From the NCBI GenBank assembly GCA_963778655.1, contig CAVZVA010000010.1, positions 256,001-320,000 on the forward strand: DNA of 64,000 nt, read 5' to 3'. A program made the translations under genes and the position numbers. The number at the start of each line of letters is the position of its first letter. Positions within the stretch are counted from its first letter, which is position 1. Shown piece by piece: positions 9,001-18,190 of this stretch. The notes under the pieces are model-generated. The model was not told the origin of the DNA, searched no databases, and saw only the letters and a list, made by a program, of their open reading frames with translations. This DNA comes from an uncultured delta proteobacterium (GTDB taxonomy: Bacteria; Myxococcota_A; Polyangia; Polyangiales; JAFGIB01).

Positions 9001-12000
9001 ACTCTGCTCGTCCTTCTTGCGCGAGGCCTCGTCGGCCAGCTCGTTCAAGCGCTTGAGGTAGCGGTCGAGCTCCGAGAGCGCCACCGCAAGCGCGCGTGCC
9101 TGCCGGTGCAGCTCCGCGTTGTCGGGCGCCAGCCCCAGCGCGTGCAGCAAGGCCTCGAACGCCTTGCCGCGCGTGGCCGGCTGCTCGGCCAGCACCTCGG
9201 CCTTGAGCCCGAGGATCTCGGCTTCTACCTCGGGTCCCTGGGCGAGCTTGAGCCGCGCCTCGAGCAGGCGCATCAGCAGCTCCTGCTTGCCGCGTGCGCG
9301 CAGCAGCTGCTGGAAGCGCCGCGCTTCGGCGTCGCTCTGGGTGGCCGCTTCCATCGCCGACTCGAGCAGCTCTTCGGCCTGCTCGTGCTGGCCGCGCTGC
9401 TCGGCGATCACCGACAGCGCGTAGAAGATCTCGCTCGGGCCGATGTCGGCGATCTCGTCCGGCTTCTGCCTGCGCACCAGCATCAGCAGACCGCGATAAG
9501 TGCGCTCGGCGCGATCGAGGTCGCCCTGCTCGCGGCTCAGCTCCGCCAGCGTGTGCATGGCCGCGACGTTGCCCGGATCCATCTTGCTCGCGGTCTCGAG
9601 CTCCTCGAACGCGCGCGGCAGATCGCCCTCGGTCTTGAGCACGCAGCCGAGCCGATAGTGCAGCTCCGCCCGCTCGGGCGAACGCCGGCGCCCGAAGCCC
9701 TCGATCAGGCGCTCGAGCACCGCGCGCGCCTCGGCGAAGCGGCCGCACCCGGCCAGCGCCTCGCCCAGCTTGACCTGCAGCTCGCGATCGTCCTCGGCCA
9801 GCGCGCAGGCGCTCTGCAGCGGAGCGACCGCGCGCTCGGGCGTGTGCAGCGTATCGCAATACAGCGAGGCGGCCTCGCGCAGCAGCGCGAGCTTCTGCGG
9901 GCCGTCCGGCTCGCGCGCCGACGCGTCGATCAACAACCCGGCCAGCGGCTCGAAGGCATGGTCCGCGCGATACTCGGTCGCCAGCAGCTCGCGCGCGGCG
10001 CGCAGCGAAGGGTCTTCGCGCAGCGCCTGCTCCAGACAGGCGCGGGCGCGTGCCCGCTCGCCGGCCTCGAGCAGCGCCTGCGCCAGCTCCACCGAGGTGA
10101 CGGCGCGCGTGTCGGGCGGCGCCGTACCCAAGCGTAGCTCGAGCCAGCGCGCGGCCTCCGCGTGCTGCCCCTGGGCCGCGTACAGCCGCGCCAGCGCCGC
10201 GCTGGCCTCGCCGGCCGGATCGAGCTGGTGCAGCTCGGTGTAGATCGCCACCGCCGTGTCCAGGTCCGACAGCTCGTGCTCGTACAGACCCGCCGCCTGC
10301 GCCAGCAGCTCCGCGGCGCGCGCGCTCTCGCTCTGGCGCACGAGCTGCTTGGCCTGCTTGCGCAGCAGCTCGGCGAGCTGCGCGTGGCGACCCTGCGCGG
10401 AGAGCAGCTGCCGCAGCGCCTCGAGCGTCGCCGCGTGGCCGGGCCGCGCGCGCAGGTTGTCCTGCAGCACCTGCAGCCGCCCGCCGCGCGCCTCGAGCTC
10501 CCCGAGGATCGCCGCGATCTCCAAGCGCAGCGCCAACTGGCGCTCGCCGTCGCGTTCCAGCGTCAGCTCGTGGCGCTTGAGCGCGAGCAGCTCGGGAAGC
10601 CGGTCGCCCGACTGGTACAGCCGGCCGAGCGCGGCCAGCGCGACGCGGTCGCTCGGGTCGGACTGCAGCAGATCCCGGTAGAGCGTGATCGAGCGCGCGC
10701 TGTCCGCCAGCGGCCCGCCCGCGAGGCGCGCTGCCCGGTGCATGTCTTCACGCTTCTGCTCGGGCTCGAACGACAGCGTGGCCGCGCCCGTCAGTAGGCG
10801 TAGCGCGCGCTCGGGGTCGTGCTGCGCCTCGGAGGCGAACGCCGCCAGCAGCTGCTCGAGCGCGAAACGCGCGCACTGCAGCGCGCTGGCCTGGCCGCGC
10901 GCCTGCACCCCGCCGCGCAGCATGTCCGCGGCGCGGTCGTAAAGCCGCTGCCAGATCGCGAGCCGCGCCTGGCCGTCGCCGAGCGCCGCGCGCGCGACAT
11001 CGGCCGCCTCCAGCAGCGGATCGAGATCGTCGCGGTCGAGCTCCGCCAGCGCGAGCAGCGTACGGCACAGCGCCTCGCCCGGCGCACGGCGCTGCAGCTC
11101 CGCCAGCGCGCGCAGCGTGTCGGCGTGCTGGCCGTCGGCGGCGACCGCGCGCAGCAGCGCGGCCTCGGCCGCGTCCTCGTCCTTGCAGCGGCCGCCCTGC
11201 CAGCCCGCGACGCGCGCGTGCAGCTCGCGCGCCAGCTTGCCCTCGAGCCCGCGCGCCGCGCCCAGTGCCCGGGTCAGTGCCTCGCACAGCGCGCCGAAGC
11301 CGCGCCCGGCCTCGGCCGCCTGCTCCAGCACCGCGAGCAGCTCGGGCACGAGCTCGCCCCGGCCGGCCATGCACGTCACCACGTGCGTGGCCGCCGCGCC
11401 CCACTGCCCGAGCTCGGCCGCGACGCCCGCGGCCGCCGCCGCCAGCTCCACGCGCTCGGGCGCGATCGCCAGCGCCTGGGCATAGGCCTGCAGCGCACCC
11501 TCGCGATCCTGCATCCGCTCGAGCAGCGTGCAGCCCTCGTCGAAGTGCAGCTCCGCCACGCGCGGCGTGGGCTTGGGAAAGCTGGCGATGGTCTCGCGAT
11601 AGGCCGCGATCACCGCGTCCCACGCGCCCAGCCGCTCCGCCAGCCGTCTGATCTCCCTCTCGGTCGCGCGATCGTCGGGCTGCAGCGCGAACGCGCGCCG
11701 CAGGCAGTCGAGCGCCGCGCGCGGATCCTCGGCGCGTTGCTCGTGCAGCTCCGCGGCTTCACGCAGGATCTGGGCCTGCCCGGCCTCGGAACGCACGACC
11801 GACAACCGTGGCTCGAGCAGCTCGAGCGTCTTCTTCCACTCGCCGGTGCGCGCGTAGGCCTCGACCAGCGACTCGATCGCGGTCTTGCGGCAGCGCTCGT
11901 CGGACAGCAACGCGTGCTGCCCGCGCAGGGCCGCGGGGTCGCTGGGATCGACCTGCAGCGCGGAGCGATAGCGCTGCGCGGCCAGCTCCGCCTGGTCGAG

Positions 12001-13800
12001 CCGCGCGCGGTAGGCGTCACCCAGCCGCGTCTGCAGCTCGGTGAAGCGCTCGATCTGGCGCGCCGCGGCCTGGCTCAGCACGTCCGCGAGATCGCGCCAG
12101 CGCTCGGCGCGGCTGAGCAGATCGGTCAGCGCCGCAAGCGATTCGGAGTCCTCGCCGAAGGCGCTCACGATCTCGCGCCAGACGTCGATCGCGGCGCCCG
12201 GATCGCCGAGCTGGTCGGCGTGGATGCTCGCCAGCCACTCCATGTCCTTGCGCTTACGCGCCCCGGCGCCGGGAGCCGCGATGCGCTGCTTGACCAGGCT
12301 CGCCAGCTCGGTCCAGCTCTGCTGCTGCTCCGCGCTCGCGATCAACGCATCGAGCGCCTCGATGTCGCCTTCGTCGGCGCGCAGCCGTGCCTGCCACGCA
12401 CGGGCCGCGCGCGCCTTGTCGCCTAGCTTCTCGGCCAGCTTGGCGGTGCGCCCTAGCAGCTGGCGCTGCAACTGCGGATCGCCTTCCAGCTCGCCCATGC
12501 GCCCGAGCGCCTCGAGCGTCTCGGCCTCGCGGCCGGCGCGCTCCAACAGCGGGATCAGGCGGCGGCCCGCGTGCGCGAGCAGCTCCACCGGCGCCTCGGA
12601 GCGGAACACGCGCTCGTACAACGCGCTGGCACGCGACTCGTCGCCGAGCACCTCCTGTTGCGTGCGCGCGGCTTCCAGCAGCAACTCGGTCGCGGTCACG
12701 ACCTCCTTGCAGCTCTCGGCAGCGGCGACCAGCGCGGAGGCGAACAGCTCGTGATCGCGGGTACGCTCGGCCAGCGTGTGCAGCAGCTCGCGCTCGCGCG
12801 GCAGCGGCTCGAGCACGAGCAGCGCGGCCTGGTGCTTCATCGCCCGCGCGTCGTCGCCGAGATCGATCAGACACTCGACCAGCTCGCGCAGCAACGCGCG
12901 GCGCTCCGCGTCCTCGACGTGCTGCAGGCCCAGCTCCAGCACGCGCACGACCTCGGCCGGCTTGTTGGTGTCGAGGTAGCGCTGCTTGAGCAGGTGTTGC
13001 GCCTCCCGGCGTTCGGCCGCGCCCGTACGCTCGGCGCGCAGCACGCGTTCGAGCAACGCATACGCGGGCGCGTGCTCGGGCGCCTCCGCCAGCACCAGCT
13101 TGGCCTGTGCCAGCGCGTCGGCGTGGCGGCCGAGCTTGTCGAGGTAGCAGCCGGCCATGCGCAGCCGCGCCTCGCGCGCCTGCTTGGCCGATTGCAGTTG
13201 CAGCCGCGATTCCCACAAGCCGACCAGGTCTTCCCAGCGCTCCTGGCGCTCGAGCAAGCGCTCGAGCCCGGAGGCGAGCGTGGCATTGTCGGGGTCGAGC
13301 GCGTACAGCTTCAGCATGTAGCCGATCGCGCGCTCGGGCAGGTTGGCGAAATCCTTGGCGACCTGCGCGGATTCCTCGAGCAAGCGCATGCGGCGCGAGG
13401 TTTGATCGGCGGCGGCAATCGCGCGGTCGTAAGCGTCGAGCAGATCGGCCCAGCGTTCGGCAACCGTGTACGCAACGGTGAGGCGCTCGAACGCCCATTG
13501 CGCGCCGGGCTCCGCGTGCAGCACGCGCTCGAGCCAGTCGCGCAGCTCCTGGCTGTCTTCACCGAACCAGGTTTCGTAGAAGCGCACGCCGCGCTGACCG
13601 ATCTCGGTCAGCAGCTCACCGGAGAGACGCTTGCCGATCACGTGGCGAAACAATTCGCTGACATCAGCCGGTCGCTGCACGTCTTCGAGCAGCTCCTCGA
13701 CCCGATCCCAGCGCGCACTCTGCTTGGGGTGTTGCTTGGCCAGTGCGATCGCGGACGCAAGCTCGTCCGTGTTTTCGCTCTGGGCTTGGTCGTCGGCCAT
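6019..13800 (-). CDS. Giant tetratricopeptide-repeat protein (2593 aa), reminiscent of myxobacterial AgmK/GltI-type TPR proteins
   Basis: GAGGA RBS before ATG 13800 (MADDQAQ); dozens of TPR-like helical repeats (A..YR.AL..DP); no signal peptide. Confidence 0.85.
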   Translation of the reverse strand: MADDQAQSENTDELASAIALAKQHPKQSARWDRVEELLEDVQRPADVSELFRHVIGKRLSGELLTEIGQRGVRFYETWFGEDSQELRDWLERVLHAEPGAQWAFERLTVAYTVAERWADLLDAYDRAIAAADQTSRRMRLLEESAQVAKDFANLPERAIGYMLKLYALDPDNATLASGLERLLERQERWEDLVGLWESRLQLQSAKQAREARLRMAGCYLDKLGRHADALAQAKLVLAEAPEHAPAYALLERVLRAERTGAAERREAQHLLKQRYLDTNKPAEVVRVLELGLQHVEDAERRALLRELVECLIDLGDDARAMKHQAALLVLEPLPRERELLHTLAERTRDHELFASALVAAAESCKEVVTATELLLEAARTQQEVLGDESRASALYERVFRSEAPVELLAHAGRRLIPLLERAGREAETLEALGRMGELEGDPQLQRQLLGRTAKLAEKLGDKARAARAWQARLRADEGDIEALDALIASAEQQQSWTELASLVKQRIAAPGAGARKRKDMEWLASIHADQLGDPGAAIDVWREIVSAFGEDSESLAALTDLLSRAERWRDLADVLSQAAARQIERFTELQTRLGDAYRARLDQAELAAQRYRSALQVDPSDPAALRGQHALLSDERCRKTAIESLVEAYARTGEWKKTLELLEPRLSVVRSEAGQAQILREAAELHEQRAEDPRAALDCLRRAFALQPDDRATEREIRRLAERLGAWDAVIAAYRETIASFPKPTPRVAELHFDEGCTLLERMQDREGALQAYAQALAIAPERVELAAAAAGVAAELGQWGAAATHVVTCMAGRGELVPELLAVLEQAAEAGRGFGALCEALTRALGAARGLEGKLARELHARVAGWQGGRCKDEDAAEAALLRAVAADGQHADTLRALAELQRRAPGEALCRTLLALAELDRDDLDPLLEAADVARAALGDGQARLAIWQRLYDRAADMLRGGVQARGQASALQCARFALEQLLAAFASEAQHDPERALRLLTGAATLSFEPEQKREDMHRAARLAGGPLADSARSITLYRDLLQSDPSDRVALAALGRLYQSGDRLPELLALKRHELTLERDGERQLALRLEIAAILGELEARGGRLQVLQDNLRARPGHAATLEALRQLLSAQGRHAQLAELLRKQAKQLVRQSESARAAELLAQAAGLYEHELSDLDTAVAIYTELHQLDPAGEASAALARLYAAQGQHAEAARWLELRLGTAPPDTRAVTSVELAQALLEAGERARARACLEQALREDPSLRAARELLATEYRADHAFEPLAGLLIDASAREPDGPQKLALLREAASLYCDTLHTPERAVAPLQSACALAEDDRELQVKLGEALAGCGRFAEARAVLERLIEGFGRRRSPERAELHYRLGCVLKTEGDLPRAFEELETASKMDPGNVAAMHTLAELSREQGDLDRAERTYRGLLMLVRRQKPDEIADIGPSEIFYALSVIAEQRGQHEQAEELLESAMEAATQSDAEARRFQQLLRARGKQELLMRLLEARLKLAQGPEVEAEILGLKAEVLAEQPATRGKAFEALLHALGLAPDNAELHRQARALAVALSELDRYLKRLNELADEASRKKDEQSQDVAARLTLRLGEAIEQELGDLDRAAGLYARVESSGHQVIEAWMAMARVAGARGDHSEQRRVLSRVGELGDEQISVEQRRGALFALAELELQSDAWRDAGVSSLERALSGLTDLQHAKSVLRAAIARAPGHKRLGGLFERVARSARDQAMLLEHFERRAESDAAGVEELREGVELALRLSEPARAEALLKRAAALAERDGDRGQQVWLLSRWAECRKRAGDVKGALARLQQAVDHAEPEEADALCRELAELAAGPGGDLEVAAAVYTSLLEHDPTDRELWLPLLEVYRMMNDRARFEGFAEQCLRDLLSPVDRVLVHMARAKLLLEVVRDERAAVPALQALLEDDPGHAEATDLLTTILQKHGMNEQLAELLQGHFDRARDEQNLHAIVELGLRIGELYGERQPEAALDAYRSALQWVPEHAGLLRALLERLGPDAELRERAEVMHALLRQEQSGSEAAALALQLCEMWSELYDFEQAQQALELGLAASPEHDGVRDKLEGFYAEREMWRPLAELLEREAARLGEGGVALARLKNAASLYRERLDDLDAAAEALRRALAIAPDDLSLLGELARNLAAGGQHETAIADVTGLLEKHSQQDAGRVDLLKVRAELRLETEDVAGAVSDLEEACAISPGLASGALIDALERQKTAAFTAGDAATERKSVMRLCQLHEAAGNAEAAREMLSGWVEQAPDDIEALRALRARDEAQGRWDDVVRSCERLLDVESGAARAQTAIALADACAKAGRPQAARAGLERAHYGDPGDAQLRARLRALYEEIGARAELAAILLADAEAQQDAAERVALYQQAARLYLELGDSGAALGPLGEAAKLQPEDAQTQMLMIDISVQQGSLQEAENMLELAIGAQKRRRSPELAALYQRMARLSAARGDQEEQLKWLNQAIEIDRKSGEIAAELAEAALAAANYDVAMKALRAITMMDDPHPITRAKAFLKQAQIAQLRGDPRRAQHWARKAKSLDEGLTEADSFLAELEG

Positions 13801-14030
13801 GAGTCCTCGCGAGTTGGCAGGAGGCTGAAGGAAATCGGGGCGAAAGCCGAGTATAGGGGTCCACCCGCGCGCGATCGACAGCGGGATCGCGCGTGTTTGC
13901 GCGTGTCGATCGAACGCCACGGTGCCACATGCACGCCGCTTGGATCACCTGTGCAGGCGCTCACCGGACGCAGCCTGCAATGCGCGCGCCGGCATCGGCC
14001 CCTGGCGCTCCCGCCTCGGCGCGACCCGAT

Positions 14031-14968
14031 TCAGGGACAGCCGCTCTTGCTGGGCGCGGGGCTGAAACCGCCGCTCACGCTGCAAGCGCCCGCGGACGTC
14101 AGGACGACGACGCCGGCACTGCCGCCGCCGCCACCGCCACCCGCGCCATAGCTCCCCGCATAGGTGAAACAGTAGAAGCCGCTGCAGCTGCCATCGCCGG
14201 GAGCCGCCCCGGCGCTGCCCGCGTCGCCACCGCCGCTTGCGCCGCTGCCCCCGGCCGCGTCGGTGCTGCTCGGCTTGATGCCGTCGGCACCGGGCGCGCC
14301 GTTGGCCGCGCTCGAGCCATTGCCGCTGGCGCCGCTGCCGCCGTTGGCCGTGATCCACGCCCCGCTCGCCACCGAGACGACGCCGGCTTCGAGCACCAGC
14401 TCGGCCCCCACTGCCCCCGCCGCCGCCGCCATCCTCGGCGCCCGCAGCGATCCCACCACCGCCGCCGGCCGCCGCGATCACCGTGCCCGCGCCCAGCGTC
14501 AGGTCTCCCGCGATCGAGAGCTGCAGCGCGCCGCCGCCCCGGCCGGTGCCACTGTCACTCAAGTCGGCCCCCGTCGTACCGCCCGCAGCGCCCGAGCCGC
14601 CGCCGGCAGAGGCCGAGCCGCCGGCGTCCCCGGAGTCCTGCATGCCGGCCCCGCCGCCGGCCCGCGCGCGCCCATCCAGCCCGTGCCCGCCGTCGCCCGC
14701 GCCCTCGGCACCGCCCCCATCGAGGGCCGCGGGCCGAGCCGCGTCGCCGGCGGATCCAGCAGCACTTCCGCCGGCTTGTGCGGTCGCCTGGATGCCGCGG
14801 CCGCGCCTGGCGGCGGGGGCGCGCGCCGCCGGCGCAGCCGGCCCAGCCGGCGGTCGCCAGCGCGAGCAGCGTGCCGAGCCGGGCACCGCACGCGGCCGAG
14901 CAGCGGAAATTGGGGCCCGTGCGACAGCCTCCCCGGTGCCCGCGGTGTCAACGCGTGCGCTGCCCCAT
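14031..14968 (-). pseudogene. Disrupted glycine-rich lipoprotein gene
   Basis: ATG 14968 is in frame with lipobox LGTLLALATAGWAGC but has an in-frame TGA at 14950-14948. Frame switch near 14815 (C run) to GGGALQLSIAGDLTLG..GGGGGSGG, second switch near 14403 to ELVLEAG..ITANGGSG..GGGGGGSAGVVVL, stop at 14031. Confidence 0.65.
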
Positions 14969-15054
14969 CTCAACCACGGTTTGCCTATACTTGTACCCGA
15001 TTTGGTGGGGTTCATGCAGCCCGCCCCTCCTCCCCAAGGAGCCGGGCTTGGGGT

Positions 15055-16134
15055 ATGTTTGTGTACGTAGTGTCCAGAAGCCCCGCCAGAGCAGCCCAGC
15101 GCACCGCGAACAACAAGCTGCTGTGGCCGGTGCTGGAAGGGCTGCGCTTCGCGGGCGCCGACGTGGGCGCCGTGCTGCGCAAAGTCGGGCTCGACGAGGA
15201 GACCGCGTTCGCGCTCGATACCCGCGTCGATCTGGAGCAGCTGTTTGGGCTGTGGCGCGAGGCGGTCGAGATCACGCACGAGCCCGCGCTCGGCGTACGC
15301 GTGGCGGCCTTCACCGAGCCGTCCAACACCATATCGTGGCCCATGCCGCTGTCGCTGTTCGAGCACCTGGGCATGGTGAGCCCGTCGCTGGCCGACGCGG
15401 TTCCGATTCAGAACCGCTTTTTGCGCTTGCTGCGCGACGGCCTTCAGCTGGCGCTGGAGCTGGACGGCGAGCGCGCGATCCTACGGCTCGATCCTTTGCC
15501 GGAAGCCCCCGCCGCGGTGGTCGAGCACGATTTCGCGGTGACGGTCAACGTCGCGCGACGCGCCGCCAAACGCGACGTGCCGCTGCTCGAGGTGTGGTTT
15601 GCGCACCGTGCGCCGCCACACGCGCACGCGCACGCGAAGCTGTTCAAAGCGCCTGTGCGTTTCGGCGCGCCCTTCAACGCGGTGATCGCGCGCGCCGACG
15701 AGCTCACCCGCCCGCTCGCAACCGCGAACGAGACCTTCCGCGCGCGGATCGTGCGCCAGGCCGAGCGGCTGCTGGCCGCGCTGCCCTGCGTCGACCTGTT
15801 CGAGGACAAGGTGTGCGTACGGATCGAAGCGGAGCTACCCGACGGCAACACCAACGCGAGCGCGGTGGCCGAAACGCTGGGCGTGTCCTCGCGCACGCTG
15901 CACCGGCGCCTGCAGCACGAGGGCGCGAGCTACCAGGAGCTGCTGGATCGCGTGCGCCTGCGCCTCGCGGTGCGTCACCTTTCGGCGGGCAAGGCGATCG
16001 CCGAGGTCGCCTCGCTGGTCGGCTTCGCCCAGGCCAGCACCTTCCACCGCGCCTTCAAGAGCTGGACCGGCGAGACCCCAGCCGACTACCAGCTGCGCAG
16101 CCGGCACCCGGCGGGCGTCGCGTCCCAGCACTAG
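15055..16134 (+). CDS. AraC family transcriptional regulator with N-terminal ligand-binding domain
   Basis: C-terminal double HTH (VAETLGVSSRTLHRRL..IAEVASLVGFAQASTFHRAFKSWTGETP); start may be GTG 15070. Confidence 0.92.
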   Translation: MFVYVVSRSPARAAQRTANNKLLWPVLEGLRFAGADVGAVLRKVGLDEETAFALDTRVDLEQLFGLWREAVEITHEPALGVRVAAFTEPSNTISWPMPLSLFEHLGMVSPSLADAVPIQNRFLRLLRDGLQLALELDGERAILRLDPLPEAPAAVVEHDFAVTVNVARRAAKRDVPLLEVWFAHRAPPHAHAHAKLFKAPVRFGAPFNAVIARADELTRPLATANETFRARIVRQAERLLAALPCVDLFEDKVCVRIEAELPDGNTNASAVAETLGVSSRTLHRRLQHEGASYQELLDRVRLRLAVRHLSAGKAIAEVASLVGFAQASTFHRAFKSWTGETPADYQLRSRHPAGVASQH

Positions 16135-16138
16135 AAAC

Positions 16139-16305
16139 TAGAGTGCATTTCATAAATCCGAAATGCTCGATTTCGGAGCGCGACGGGTCCGCCGGCAAGG
16201 CGCGCGACCGCTGGAATGCTCGGTGTATTTCAAGGTCGCGCAACGCAGCCGCCGGGCTCGTCCCGCCCGAAAGGGGGCGTTGAGCGGTTTATGAAATGCA
16301 CGCTA
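16139..16305. mobile_element. MITE-like non-autonomous element with about 21-bp terminal inverted repeats
   Basis: Left TAGAGTGCATTTCATAAATCCG (16139-16160), right CGGTTTATGAAATGCACGCTA (16285-16305); TA at both outer ends; no coding capacity; lies between convergent genes. Confidence 0.75.
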
Positions 16306-16316
16306 ACCGATCGACG

Positions 16317-16760
16317 CTACCCGAGCTTGGCCTTGACCGCCGCGCTGACCGCCTTGCCGTCGGCGGCCGGCCCCAGGCGCTCCATGGCCGCCTTCATCAC
16401 CCGGCCCATGTCCTTCATCGACCCGGCCGCCAGCTCCATCACCAGCGCGGCCACCACCCGCTCGATCTCCGCCCCATCCGGCGCCGCCGGCAAGTAGCTC
16501 TGCAGGACCGCCTTCTCCGCGCTCTCGCGCTCCACCAGATCGGCGCGACCTCCCTCCCGGTACTGCGCGATCGACTCCTCGCGTTGCTTGAGCAAGCCGC
16601 GGATCAGCTTCAGGATCTCGTCGGTCGTCAGCGCGCTGCCGCCGTCGATCTCGCGGGAGCGGATCGCGCCGCGGATGTTGCGCACCGTCTCCAGACGAAC
16701 CGCGTCCTTGGCCCGCATCGCCTGCTTGAGGTCGTCGTCCAGTCGTTGTCGCAAGTCCAT
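16317..16760 (-). CDS. GatB/YqeY domain protein
   Basis: MDLRQRLDDDLKQAMRAKD..KQREESIAQY..GRADL..MKDMGRVMK..ADGKAVS motifs. Confidence 0.95.
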   Translation of the reverse strand: MDLRQRLDDDLKQAMRAKDAVRLETVRNIRGAIRSREIDGGSALTTDEILKLIRGLLKQREESIAQYREGGRADLVERESAEKAVLQSYLPAAPDGAEIERVVAALVMELAAGSMKDMGRVMKAAMERLGPAADGKAVSAAVKAKLG

Positions 16761-16871
16761 TGCGCCCCCAGTATGACACGGACAGGGGCTGGGGGCGGTG
16801 TGACCGCCGCGCAAAAAACCGCCGCCTGCGGACGACTCAAGGAAACGGGATTGCACCACGTGAGAGGCCTG

Positions 16872-18074
16872 ATGCGGGTGACTGTGGCGCTAGCTTGGGC
16901 GGCGTTGTGCGGGTGCAGCCGCAGCGGTCTGCTTGCGCCTGCGGCCCCGGCCGCGTGCGTGCCCCTCGATCCCAACCACGCCAGCTCGCTGCAGGTCTCG
17001 GCCGATGTGGTGCTGCGCAGCACCGATATCCTGTTCCTGGTCGACAACAGCAGCTCCATGAGCGAGGAAATCCACGCCATCCGCGATCGCCTCAGCAGCG
17101 TGATCGCTCCCGACATCCGCGCGCGCGTGCCCGACTCGGATCTGGGCGTGGCGGTCTTCGCGGACTTCGGCGAGCGCGTGCTCGGTCAGCCCAGCCATCC
17201 ATATCGCTTGCTGCAGCCGATCACCGACGACGTCGACACGGTGGTGAACGCGACCAAGCAGATCAAGCTGGAGTTCGGCGGCGACGACCCCGAGAGCCAG
17301 CTCGAGGCGCTCTATCAGGTGGCGACCGGCGAGGGCTACGGCACGTACATCGAGGCGAAAAAGGATTGCCCCGAAGGCACCCACGCCGGCGTGTGCTTTC
17401 GCGAGGACGCCTTCCCGATTGTGATGCTCTTCACCGACGCGCCCATGCGCAACGTGGCGGCGCTGCGCGCTGACGGCTCCACCGGCCCCGTGGGCAAGTA
17501 CGATCCGAACGCGCCCGACGCGCCCTACATCCCGTACGTACGCGGCTACGACGAGACGATCAGCGCGCTGCTGGCGCAGAACATCCACGTGCTCGGCCTG
17601 TGGTCAGGCACGGGCGACGGCGAAGACGACCTGCGGCGCGTCGCGAACGACACCGGAGCGCTCGACAGCGCCGGTAACCCGATCGTGTTCGACATCGGCG
17701 ACGACGGCCACGCGCTGGGCGAAGGCGTGGTGCAGACGCTCGAGTCGCTGGCCGAGGCGCTGCGCGTCGACGTGCGGCTGGTGCTCGCGGATGGCGATCC
17801 GGCCGACGACCTCGATCCACGCTCGCTGGTGACCGCGGTCCGCGCGCTACAGGCCGTGCCACAGGGGGGCGCGCAGCTGGATGGTCCGCAGTTCCGCCAG
17901 GTCAGCCCGGGCACGCGCGTATCGTTCGAGCTCGACATCGATCCCACGCGACTGCCGTCCGCTTCGTATGACCGGCGCTACCCGCTGGCCCTGCGCATCG
18001 AAACCGCCGACGGCCGCCCGCTGCTCGAGCAAACGCTCGACTTATTGGTCCAAAAGCGGACGCAGTGTCCTTGA
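16872..18074 (+). CDS. vWA-domain lipoprotein
   Basis: Lipobox ALCGC; MIDAS motif DILFLVDNSSSM; GGDDPESQLEAL; LFTDA. Confidence 0.85.
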   Translation: MRVTVALAWAALCGCSRSGLLAPAAPAACVPLDPNHASSLQVSADVVLRSTDILFLVDNSSSMSEEIHAIRDRLSSVIAPDIRARVPDSDLGVAVFADFGERVLGQPSHPYRLLQPITDDVDTVVNATKQIKLEFGGDDPESQLEALYQVATGEGYGTYIEAKKDCPEGTHAGVCFREDAFPIVMLFTDAPMRNVAALRADGSTGPVGKYDPNAPDAPYIPYVRGYDETISALLAQNIHVLGLWSGTGDGEDDLRRVANDTGALDSAGNPIVFDIGDDGHALGEGVVQTLESLAEALRVDVRLVLADGDPADDLDPRSLVTAVRALQAVPQGGAQLDGPQFRQVSPGTRVSFELDIDPTRLPSASYDRRYPLALRIETADGRPLLEQTLDLLVQKRTQCP

Positions 18075-18137
18075 GGCCAACCCGCGACGCGACCGATCAC
18101 GAGTGAGCGCAGCGCAGCGGGCCCCGCAGGAGGGGGT

Positions 18138-18190
18138 CCCGACGGGCTCTGCCCGGCGGGCGGGAGGGGCGCGTGCCCCTCCCGGTCACA
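18138..18190. repeat. Intergenic double-hairpin palindromic element (REP-like); may act as terminator between convergent genes
   Basis: Hairpins at 18138-18160 and CGGGAGGGGC-GCGT-GCCCCTCCCG at 18161-18184; its end recurs at 49326-49344. Confidence 0.6.

Noticed and set aside
14948..14950. Selenocysteine readthrough of the in-frame TGA
   Set aside because: Lies in a signal-peptide region of a gene with further frameshifts; no redox motif context
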